From NCBI GenBank assembly GCA_002342785.1, contig DDQV01000122.1:18752-82751 (forward strand): 64,000 bases of DNA. Direction: 5' to 3'. The first letter of the stretch is position 1; each line of letters starts with the position of its first letter. The notes under the pieces were generated by a model. That model was given only the letters and a program-made list of their open reading frames with translations, was not told where the DNA came from and did not search any database. The DNA is from Fusobacteriaceae bacterium UBA2433. GTDB lineage: Bacteria > Fusobacteriota > Fusobacteriia > Fusobacteriales > Fusobacteriaceae. Of the stretch, positions 57,001 to 64,000 are shown one piece after another. The translations under genes were made by a program, and so were the position numbers.

Positions 57001-57595
57001 CTTTTTTCTTTCTATCGATTTTTACATTTAAATAATCATTTTTATCAGTTTCAAATTCTAACCAAGTTCCTTTATAAGGAATTATCTTTCCAGTAAACAT
57101 ATCTTTTGCTGTCTGAATATTAACTTCTTTAGTAAAAGAAACTCCTGGTGATCTATGTAATTGTGAAACTACTACTCTTTCTGCACCATTTATAATAAAT
57201 GTAGCATACTCAGTCATTCTTGGGATTTCTCCAAAGTAAACTAGACTCTCTTGTATTTCGTTTCCAGCTTTTTTATTTTCTAATCTTAGCCTAACTTTTA
57301 AAGACGATGAAAAAGTTTTACCTCTTTTTTTACACTCTAATTCGTCATTTAGTGGAGGTTCATTTTCATGTAACTCATACCCTACATAATCTAATTTAAT
57401 GTCTCCATTAGAAGATTCTATTGGAAATATTTCCTTAAAGGCTGATTCTAATCCTTTATTTTCTCTTGAAGTAGGATCTTTTTTAGCCTGTAAAAAGTCC
57501 TCATACGAGTTTAATTGGAATTCTAAGAAATGGGGCATTATACCTCTCTCTTTTATCCTTCCAAAACTAGTTCTTTTAATTAGCTTGGTCATCAA
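54044..57595 (-). CDS. rpoB: RNA polymerase beta subunit
   Basis: [36 protein letters not shown]. Confidence 0.99.
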   Translation of the reverse strand: MMTKLIKRTSFGRIKERGIMPHFLEFQLNSYEDFLQAKKDPTSRENKGLESAFKEIFPIESSNGDIKLDYVGYELHENEPPLNDELECKKRGKTFSSSLKVRLRLENKKAGNEIQESLVYFGEIPRMTEYATFIINGAERVVVSQLHRSPGVSFTKEVNIQTAKDMFTGKIIPYKGTWLEFETDKNDYLNVKIDRKKKVLAPVFLKAVDFYETNAEIMEDLLETRVKDLTEYYEKYSNRDELLSVLKTKIEGSFIKEDIYDEETGEILLEAESIIDEMIVEKIIDEKLETLTYWEVKPENKVLANSLLDDTTENSDEAVMEVFKKLRPGDMVTIDSARSLIRQMFFNPQRYDFASVGRYKMNKRLKLNVAEDVVVLTKEDVMATIKYAIGLYGGDGHTDDIDNLSNRRVRGVGELLHMQIRSGLAKMNKMVKEKMTVQDASALTPQSLLNTRPLNALILDFFGSGQLSQFMDQSNPLAELTHKRRISALGPGGLSRERAGFEVRDVHDSHYGRVCPIETPEGPNIGLIGSLATYARVNKYGFMETPYVKVTDGIANFEDIRYLAADEEEGLFIAQADTVMDENTHEITGDGLCRFGHEVVWVDAGKIDYLDVSPKQVVSVSAGLIPFLEHDDANRALMGSNMQRQAVPLLRGEAPFVGTGLERKVAVDSGAVVVSKTTGEVTGLDASKIIITEKTKDGKKDHIYKLLNFERSNQAMCLHQTPLVNMGQKIEVGSILADGPSTKGGDLALGRNILMAFMPWEGYNFEDGILISDRLRKEDVFTSLHIEEYEVDARSTKLGDEEITREIPNVGEDALRNLDERGIIRVGAKVGPGDILVGKTTPKGETEPPAEEKLLRAIFGEKARDVRDTSLKMPHGSKGTVVEILELARENGDELKAGINRSIRIFIAEKRKINVGDKISGRHGNKGVISRVLPAEDMPFLEDGTHVDIVLNPLGVPSRMNIGQVLEVHLGLALGFMKDEDGDQGVYIETPVFDSGDKESGGHEATIKNYLEKAGFDRSGKVNLIDGRTGESFDNPVTVGRMYILKLHHLVEDKMHARAIGPYSLVTQQPLGGKAQFGGQRLGEMEVWALEAYGASSILQEMLTVKSDDVIGRTKTYEAIVKGEEMPEPSLPESFKVLLKEFQALSLDIELFDTKGNVIDVSSDLAKEEIITEFSLADLKEED

Positions 57596-57724
57596 TTCAC
57601 TCTCCTTATCTTTATATCATTGAAAATTAATAGTTAATATCTTAAGTCGATCGCCCATTAATATTTAAATCATACCTAATATATGAACTATTAATCTTTG
57701 ATAATTTTTTCTTTTTCAATGATT

Positions 57725-57760
57725 AAATAGGGCACTCTAATCTATAAGAGTGCCCTATTT
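57725..57760 (-). terminator. Terminator/attenuator between rplL and rpoB
   Basis: AAATAGGGCACTCT/AGAGTGCCCTATTT stem. Confidence 0.8.
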
Positions 57761-57795
57761 TATTCAATTAGTCAATTTTAATCTTTAAAAGTTAA

Positions 57796-58161
57796 TTACT
57801 TAACTTCTACTACTGCTCCTGCTGCTTCTAATTTAGCTACAACATCTGCTGCTTCTTCTTTAGAAACTCCCTCTTTAACTTTTCCACCAGCTTCTTCTGC
57901 TAATCCTTTTGCTTCTTTAAGACCTAATCCAGTGATAGCTCTTAATTCTTTGATTACAGCTATTTTCTTAGCTCCTGCAGACATGATTATTACATCAAAT
58001 TCAGTTTGTTCTTCTACTGCTGCTGCTCCTGCTCCTGCTGCTGCTACTGGTGCTGCTGCTGTTACTCCAAAGTGATTCTCTAATGCTTCAACTACTTCTT
58101 TTAATTCTAATACTGTCATTGCTTCTAAATCTGCAATGAAAGTTTCTTGGTTAAATGCCAT
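57796..58161 (-). CDS. rplL: 50S ribosomal protein L7/L12
   Basis: [27 protein letters not shown]. Confidence 0.99.
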   Translation of the reverse strand: MAFNQETFIADLEAMTVLELKEVVEALENHFGVTAAAPVAAAGAGAAAVEEQTEFDVIIMSAGAKKIAVIKELRAITGLGLKEAKGLAEEAGGKVKEGVSKEEAADVVAKLEAAGAVVEVK

Positions 58162-58257
58162 TTTTATGTTCCTCCTAATTTTTATTTAGTAAGCTAAAAG
58201 CTATACCCTAATATTTTTAATTTATTTGATCAAATGATCATATTTTAAAGCAGAGAA

Positions 58258-58752
58258 TTACGCCCCTTCTTTTTGGTCAGCGATAGCTACGATACCGTAT
58301 GCTAACTTTCTGATTGGTCCTAACATTCCATTTAATATCATAGATAATAATGCATCTCTTGATGGTAAAGTTGCTAATGCTTCTATTTCAGAAACTTCAA
58401 TTCTTTTCCCTTCTGAGTATCCACCTTTGATATTGAATAAATCTTTTTTCTCTTTACCAAATTCATAAACTACTTTAGCTGGAGCTACTGCATCTTCATA
58501 TCCAAATGCAAACGCTGTAGTTCCTTCTAAAAGATCGTCAAATGAATCTGTTACACCTGCCTCAGTTAAAGCTATTTTAAATAATCTATTTTTAGCTACT
58601 AAGTATTCAGATCCAGATTCTCTTAATTGTTTTTTTACTTCAGTATCATCTTTTGCATTGATACCTTGATAATCAACAAGTACGATTGTTTTAGCGTCTT
58701 TGATTTTTTGAGTTAATTCTGCTACTACTAATTTTTTTGCTTCAGTTGCCAT
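58258..58752 (-). CDS. rplJ: 50S ribosomal protein L10
   Basis: DYQG, V.KNRL, L.G.TA, IKGG, LATLPSR; start MATE at 58752 (AGGAGG RBS). Confidence 0.97.
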   Translation of the reverse strand: MATEAKKLVVAELTQKIKDAKTIVLVDYQGINAKDDTEVKKQLRESGSEYLVAKNRLFKIALTEAGVTDSFDDLLEGTTAFAFGYEDAVAPAKVVYEFGKEKKDLFNIKGGYSEGKRIEVSEIEALATLPSRDALLSMILNGMLGPIRKLAYGIVAIADQKEGA

Positions 58753-58774
58753 TCTTCTAGTCACCTCCTCTTTA

Positions 58775-58910
58775 AATTAAAATAATCTCTGACTTAAAAT
58801 TAAGTAAAGACAGAGATCATTTCTGATAGGTAAGGTTATAAGCTTTGTATCCAAAACTGTATAAACCTCGGTAGGATTTACGATTTTCATCACCTACTGT
58901 CTTTAGTTCA
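58775..58910 (-). promoter_or_regulatory. L10 ribosomal protein leader
   Basis: Minus strand AAAGACAGTAGG...AAATCCTACCGAGG, the typical L10-leader core, upstream of rplJ. Confidence 0.75.
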
Positions 58911-58944
58911 ATTTATAGTTTAAAAAAAGTTAAACTTTAATTAA

Positions 58945-59655
58945 TTAAGCTTCTAAATATTTAGAAACTAAGATAGGATCAATTTTGATTCCAGGTCCCA
59001 TAGTTAATGATAAAGCTACAGTTCTAAGGTATATGCCTTTAGCTGCTGATGGCTTTAATCTATTTATTTCTGCCATGAAAGCTTTGAAGTTATCTTCAAT
59101 TTGCTCAGCTGTGAAATCAACTTTTCCAATTCCTACATGAATAGATCCTAATTTATCTACTCTAAATGCAAGCTTTCCTCTTTTGAATTCAGTTACTGAT
59201 TGTTCTACATTAGTAGTTACAGTTCCTGATTTAGGATTAGGCATCAAACCTTTAGTTCCTAATGTTCTACCTAATTTTCCTAACTTAGGCATCATATCTG
59301 GTGTAGCGATTACTACATCAAAATCAAACCAACCTTTTTGGATTTGTTCGATATATTCTTCTGCTCCTGCATAATCTGCTCCTGCATCTAATGCTTTTTG
59401 AATGTTTTCACCTTGAGTAATTACTAATACTCTAGTTGTTTTCCCAGAACCATGTGGTAACACTACAGTCCCTCTTACTTGTTGATCAGCATGTCTAGGA
59501 TCTACTCCTAATCTTAATGCAACTTCAATAGTTTCTACGAAATTTGCTGTTTTAGTTTTTGCAACTAATTCTAATGCATCTTTAACTTCATATAATTTCC
59601 CAGTCTCTACTAATTTAGCAGCTTCTACGTATTTTTTAGCTTTTTTCTTTGCCAT
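58945..59655 (-). CDS. rplA: 50S ribosomal protein L1
   Basis: [33 protein letters not shown]. Confidence 0.99.
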   Translation of the reverse strand: MAKKKAKKYVEAAKLVETGKLYEVKDALELVAKTKTANFVETIEVALRLGVDPRHADQQVRGTVVLPHGSGKTTRVLVITQGENIQKALDAGADYAGAEEYIEQIQKGWFDFDVVIATPDMMPKLGKLGRTLGTKGLMPNPKSGTVTTNVEQSVTEFKRGKLAFRVDKLGSIHVGIGKVDFTAEQIEDNFKAFMAEINRLKPSAAKGIYLRTVALSLTMGPGIKIDPILVSKYLEA

Positions 59656-59674
59656 TATTACTTTTCCTCCTTAT

Positions 59675-59703
59675 GTGGCTTAAGCGAATTTACATCCTAC
59701 CAC
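59675..59703 (-). promoter_or_regulatory. Probable L1-binding mRNA site upstream of rplA
   Basis: Minus strand GTGGTAGGATG...GCCAC next to the SD. Confidence 0.55.
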
Positions 59704-59755
59704 TTAATTATCAACAATGTGATCTATATTTAAATTTAAACTCTTAAGTTTAAAA

Positions 59756-60181
59756 TTAATCTTCTATCTTGATTCCCATTGATCTTGCAGATCCAGCGAT
59801 AACTCTCATAGCTGCCTCTAATGATCCTGCATTTAAATCTTCCATTTTAGTTTCTGCAATTTCTTGAACTTGTGCACTAGTTATTGTTCCAGCTACATCA
59901 GTTTTTGAGTTTGCTGCTGCTGATTTAATTCCAGCTGCTTTTTTTAATAAATCTGATGCTGGTGGAGTTTTCAATACGAAAGTAAAAGATCTATCAGAAT
60001 ATACTTTAATTTCTACTGGTATTATAAATCCAGCTTTATCTTGAGTTTTTGAATTGAATGCTTTACAGAATTCCATAATATTAACCCCATGTTGACCTAA
60101 TGCTGGTCCAACTGGTGGTGCTGGGTTTGCTTTCCCTGCTTGTAATTGTAATTTAATTAATCCGATTACGTCTTTTGCCAT
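59756..60181 (-). CDS. rplK: 50S ribosomal protein L11
   Basis: [29 protein letters not shown]. Confidence 0.99.
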   Translation of the reverse strand: MAKDVIGLIKLQLQAGKANPAPPVGPALGQHGVNIMEFCKAFNSKTQDKAGFIIPVEIKVYSDRSFTFVLKTPPASDLLKKAAGIKSAAANSKTDVAGTITSAQVQEIAETKMEDLNAGSLEAAMRVIAGSARSMGIKIED

Positions 60182-60206
60182 TTTTTGTTACCTCCATAAT
60201 TTCCTT

Positions 60207-60232
60207 GTGGTTTTAATGATTTACTCTCCCAC
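60207..60232 (-). promoter_or_regulatory. Probable L1-binding mRNA site upstream of rplK
   Basis: Minus strand GTGGGAG...AAACCAC next to the SD. Confidence 0.65.
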
Positions 60233-60259
60233 TTTTGAAAAGATTTTAAGTTACTTATA

Positions 60260-60862
60260 TTAAGACATTACTCTCTTAACTTCATTAACTCCAATCTCTA
60301 CAGGAGTCATTCTACCAAACATATCTATCATTATTTTTACTTTTCCATGTTCTAAGTCAATGTTATTAACTTCTCCAACACTTCCAGCAAAACCACCTTC
60401 AAGTAGTTCTACCATATCTCCAATTTTGAAATCAATTATAATTTCTTCTTTAAGTTCAGGTTTTTCTTCTCCTTCTTCCCCTAAGAATCTAAGAATAGTT
60501 GTTACTTCTTCATCCTCCATAGGAATTGGATCAGATCCAATACCGACAAATCCCGTTACACCATTAGTATTTCTTATTACATACCATGCATCAGAATCGA
60601 CACTGTACCATATACCATCATTTGTTTCTTCTCTAACTGCCTCCATTTCTATCATTACATATCCTGGAAATAACTTTCTAAAAACGATTTTTTCTTTACC
60701 ATTTTTAACTTCTTTTATTTCTTCTTCAGGAACTACAATTCTAAAAACTTTATCTGTTAATTCAAGTGTCTGAATTCTTTTTTCTAAGTCAGCTTTTACT
60801 TTCTTTTCATAACTAGAATACGTATGAATCATATACCATTTTTTTTCTATTGTTCTTTCCAT
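60260..60862 (-). CDS. nusG: Transcription termination/antitermination factor NusG
   Basis: WY.IHTYS.YE.KV, LFPGYV, IRNT.GVTGFVG, KOW domain, FGR.TPVE. Confidence 0.98.
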   Translation of the reverse strand: MERTIEKKWYMIHTYSSYEKKVKADLEKRIQTLELTDKVFRIVVPEEEIKEVKNGKEKIVFRKLFPGYVMIEMEAVREETNDGIWYSVDSDAWYVIRNTNGVTGFVGIGSDPIPMEDEEVTTILRFLGEEGEEKPELKEEIIIDFKIGDMVELLEGGFAGSVGEVNNIDLEHGKVKIMIDMFGRMTPVEIGVNEVKRVMS

Positions 60863-60865
60863 AAA

Positions 60866-61051
60866 TTACCCTCCAAAAAAGGTACCCATCATTTTAAGTA
60901 TCTTTGAAGCTATAACATCAAAAGCACTTACATAGATACTTACTGCCACGCTCATAGCTGCAACAAGTAATGTAGACTTAACAGTTTCATCTTTGCTAGG
61001 CCATACAACTTTCTTATATTCAGTCTTAACGTTCTGTAACAAAGTATTCAT
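60866..61051 (-). CDS. secE: Preprotein translocase subunit SecE
   Basis: E.KKVVWPS..E plus a TM segment; position between tRNA-Trp and nusG. Confidence 0.93.
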   Translation of the reverse strand: MNTLLQNVKTEYKKVVWPSKDETVKSTLLVAAMSVAVSIYVSAFDVIASKILKMMGTFFGG

Positions 61052-61076
61052 AATATAACCACCTTAAGTATAAAAA

Positions 61077-61152
61077 TGGCAGTCCAGTAGGGACTCGAAC
61101 CCTAAACCCACGGTTTTGGAGACCGTTACTCTACCAATTGAGCCACTGAACT
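61077..61152 (-). tRNA. tRNA-Trp (CCA)
   Basis: 76 nt; acceptor AGTTCAG/CTGGACT; anticodon arm ACGGT-CTCCAAA-ACCGT; T loop TTCGAGT; encoded 3' CCA. Confidence 0.97.
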
Positions 61153-61183
61153 GCATGTTGTTAAGTTATGCTTCTCTAAAATA

Positions 61184-61336
61184 TTACTTTTTAGTTTCTT
61201 TATGTACAGTTACTTTTTTATCCCACTTACAGTATTTTTTTAATTCAATTCTACCATCCGTGTTTTTTTTGTTTTTAGAAGTACTATAGTTTCTTCTTTT
61301 ACATTCTGTACATTCCATTAAAATGTTTACTCTCAT
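61184..61336 (-). CDS. rpmG: 50S ribosomal protein L33 (not in ORF track)
   Basis: Hand translation [50 protein letters not shown]; GGAGG RBS. Confidence 0.96.
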   Translation of the reverse strand: MRVNILMECTECKRRNYSTSKNKKNTDGRIELKKYCKWDKKVTVHKETKK

Positions 61337-61430
61337 TTCTTTACACCTCCACTCATCATATCGGAATTGCTATCCTCCCACAATCTCAATTGTGGTACAT
61401 GAGCCAAAAATTCGCTCACAAACATAGATA

Positions 61431-61459
61431 ATGATATCATACCTAATACAAAATGTCAA
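61431..61459 (-). promoter_or_regulatory. sigma70 promoter of the rpmG-tRNA-secE-nusG operon
   Basis: TTGACA-N17-TATCAT with TGn. Confidence 0.8.
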
Positions 61460-61575
61460 TATCTTTAAAGTTTTTTTTATATCTTTTTTGTATCTTTTTA
61501 TAATTCTTAATATTTTTTATAATATCGATCTTTTCTTGTGACTATGTATCTTTTTTTATTAAAAAAAATATATAA

Positions 61576-61600
61576 AGAACCCTTAAACATTAAGGGTTCT
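61576..61600 (-). terminator. Terminator after leuS
   Basis: AGAACCCTTA/TAAGGGTTCT stem. Confidence 0.65.
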
Positions 61601-61695
61601 AAAAGATTAAAAAATTATTTTATAAATATAAAAATACGATTTTAAGAATTTTAAATTTAAAATCAGATATTGAATACTATCAACAATTCATTTTT

Positions 61696-64000
61696 TTATT
61701 TTACAACTATATTTACTATTCGTCCTGGAACAATTATTTTTTTAACTATAATTTTTCCTTCTATAAATCTTATTACATTAGGAGCTTCTAAAGCTAATTT
61801 TTCTAATTCTTCTTTTGTAATATTTCTAGAGACATCTAGAGTTGCTCTTAATTTACCATTTACCTGTACACCTATTTGAACATCTTCAGAAATAGTTAAC
61901 TCTTCTACATGAGTTGGCCAAGCCATTTCAAATAAATGCCCAGTTTCTCCTAATTCTAACCATAATTCATCAGCAATATGAGGAACAAAAGGTGATAACA
62001 TTATTACCATAGTTCTTACAGTTTCATTAAATATTTTTTTAGATTCACTAGTTATCTTGCCTTTTTCCAATATGTTTGTTTTAAAATTTTGTAACTCATT
62101 TATTAATTCCATGTTAGCTGCAATAGATGTATTAAAATGATAATTATCTTCAATAGATGTAGTTACTTTTTTAATAGTCTGATGTAGTTTCATGATTATA
62201 TTTTTATCCGATTTAGACATTTTTTCTAAATCTATATCCCCTATTTCAAAATATTCTTTATTTTCTACAACCATTCTCCATACTCTATTTAAAAACCTAT
62301 GAGAACCAGCTAATCCATTTTCATTCCATTCTAATTCTTTTTCAGGTGGTGAGGCAAACATTGTAAATAATCTTGCAGCATCAGCTCCATACTCATTAAT
62401 AATGTGTAATGGATCTACACCATTATTTTTAGATTTAGACATTTTTTCTACTCTTACTGTTAATTTTTCACCTGTACCTTTAGAATATGAGTTTTCATTT
62501 TTCACTTCAACTTCATGGGGATATAGGTATTTCCCTGTACTTTTTTCATGATATGATGGACCTAGTACCATTCCTTGAGTTAATAATCTTTTAAACGGTT
62601 CATCTGTAGATATAAGCCCCATATCTCTAAGAACTTTATGAAAAAATCTAGAATACAATAAATGCATTACAGCATGTTCTACTCCTCCAATATATTGATC
62701 TACTGGAGACCAATTATCGGTTATTTTTTTATCTATTGGCAATTCTGTATTTTTAGGATCACAATATCTTAAATAATACCAAGATGAATCCACAAAAGTA
62801 TCCATGGTATCTGTTTCTCTTTTTGCAAGACTTCCACATTTTGGACAAACTACATTTTTAAATTCTTCTGACGATTCTAATGGATTCCCATTTCCTGAAA
62901 ATTCAATATCCATAGGAAGTTTAACAGGTAAGTTTTCATCTGATTCCATTACTATCCCACATTTTTTACAATGAATAGCTGGAATAGGTGTCCCCCAATA
63001 TCTTTGTCTAGAAATCCCCCAATCTTTTAATCTATATTTTACAGTCCTTTCTCCAAATCCTAGTTTTTCTACATGTTCAGCTATTTTAATCAAAGCTTCT
63101 TTAGACGATATACCATCAAATTGATTAGAATTCGTCATTATTCCTTTTCCAATAAACGGTTCTTTCATCTCATTCACTTCTATTTTTATTTCTTCTTTAG
63201 TTTTTTTATCTACAGAATTTATTACTACTCTCATAGGTAAATTATATTTTTTTGCAAAAATAAAATCTCTCTCATCATGAGCCGGTACAGCCATAACAGC
63301 TCCTGTTCCATAATTCATAAGAACATAATCTGCTATCCAAAGTTCTACTCTTTCATTATTTATAGGATTAATTAAATATCTTCCTGTAAATACTCCATTT
63401 TTTTCTTTTCCTTCTGCAGTTCTAGCTATTATATCTTCATTTTTCATAGCTTCTACTGAATCTTTAATTTCGGGTTTTTCAATTAAAATATCTGCTACCA
63501 TTGGATGCTCTGGAGCTATAACACAATATGTAACACCAAATATAGTGTCTATCCTTGTTGTAAACATTGGTAATTTTTCTTTTGTTCCTTCCAAATTAAA
63601 AGATATCTCAGTACCATAAGATTTTCCTATCCAGTTTTTTTGCATAGTTATTACTTTTTCCGGCCATCCTTTTTCAATTTCTTTATGCCCACTTAATAAT
63701 TCATCTGCATATTCAGTTATCTTGAAAAACCATTGAGTTAATTCTTTTTGAATTACATCTGTGTCTCCATGTCTCCAACACTTTCCATCTTCTACTTGCT
63801 CATTAGCTAATACTGTACCACATTTAGGGCACCAATTAACTGTAGATTTTTTTCTATATACTAAATTATTTTCATACATCTTTTTAAAAATCCATTGATT
63901 CCATTTATAATAATCAGGCTTATAAGAAGCAATTTCTCTATCCCAATCGTATGAAAAACCTAACATATTCAATTGTTCTTTCATATATTCTATATTTTTA
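61696..64000 (-). CDS. leuS: Leucyl-tRNA synthetase (5'-truncated by the window edge)
   Basis: Editing domain, YGTGAVMAVPAHDERD, RLKDWGISRQRYWG, KMSKS; frame stays open to 64000 (..KNIEYMKEQL). Confidence 0.98.
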   Translation of the reverse strand, partial: KNIEYMKEQLNMLGFSYDWDREIASYKPDYYKWNQWIFKKMYENNLVYRKKSTVNWCPKCGTVLANEQVEDGKCWRHGDTDVIQKELTQWFFKITEYADELLSGHKEIEKGWPEKVITMQKNWIGKSYGTEISFNLEGTKEKLPMFTTRIDTIFGVTYCVIAPEHPMVADILIEKPEIKDSVEAMKNEDIIARTAEGKEKNGVFTGRYLINPINNERVELWIADYVLMNYGTGAVMAVPAHDERDFIFAKKYNLPMRVVINSVDKKTKEEIKIEVNEMKEPFIGKGIMTNSNQFDGISSKEALIKIAEHVEKLGFGERTVKYRLKDWGISRQRYWGTPIPAIHCKKCGIVMESDENLPVKLPMDIEFSGNGNPLESSEEFKNVVCPKCGSLAKRETDTMDTFVDSSWYYLRYCDPKNTELPIDKKITDNWSPVDQYIGGVEHAVMHLLYSRFFHKVLRDMGLISTDEPFKRLLTQGMVLGPSYHEKSTGKYLYPHEVEVKNENSYSKGTGEKLTVRVEKMSKSKNNGVDPLHIINEYGADAARLFTMFASPPEKELEWNENGLAGSHRFLNRVWRMVVENKEYFEIGDIDLEKMSKSDKNIIMKLHQTIKKVTTSIEDNYHFNTSIAANMELINELQNFKTNILEKGKITSESKKIFNETVRTMVIMLSPFVPHIADELWLELGETGHLFEMAWPTHVEELTISEDVQIGVQVNGKLRATLDVSRNITKEELEKLALEAPNVIRFIEGKIIVKKIIVPGRIVNIVVK

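Noticed and set aside
43837-57595. Inteins or introns in dnaG, rpoB or rpoC
   Set aside because: Lengths are ordinary, conserved motifs are colinear and no splicing or LAGLIDADG signatures are seen

Overview
This is a very AT-rich bacterial chromosome segment with almost all genes on the minus strand. Its proteins resemble those of Fusobacteriota, possibly Psychrilyobacter/Ilyobacter-like (inference). About 22.4-64 kb is mostly housekeeping: rpsF-ssb-rpsR, eno, an NtrC-like regulator with a PPIase, a TetR-RND efflux operon, a Cof hydrolase, rnpB, nif3, a divergent sigma70 paralog, an XRE/PTS-IIC-like/L-serine dehydratase module, dnaG-rpoD, a membrane pyrophosphatase, apbE, gmk-rpoZ, rpmG-tRNA-Trp-secE-nusG-rplKAJL-rpoBC and a partial leuS. 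The first 22 kb is an accessory type IV pilus locus. In transcription order it holds a small membrane protein, two tandem paralogous giant secreted vWA/Ig-like proteins built from an unrecognised ~250-aa repeat domain, pilB, pilC, a PilH/PilI/PilG-like ABC module and a type IVa pilin, followed by a duplicated non-coding element. The second giant paralog is one continuous frame interrupted by a single in-frame TGA (11396-11398) that aligns exactly to a TGG/Trp in the first paralog. I found no CRISPR array, rRNA gene, transposase or integrase.
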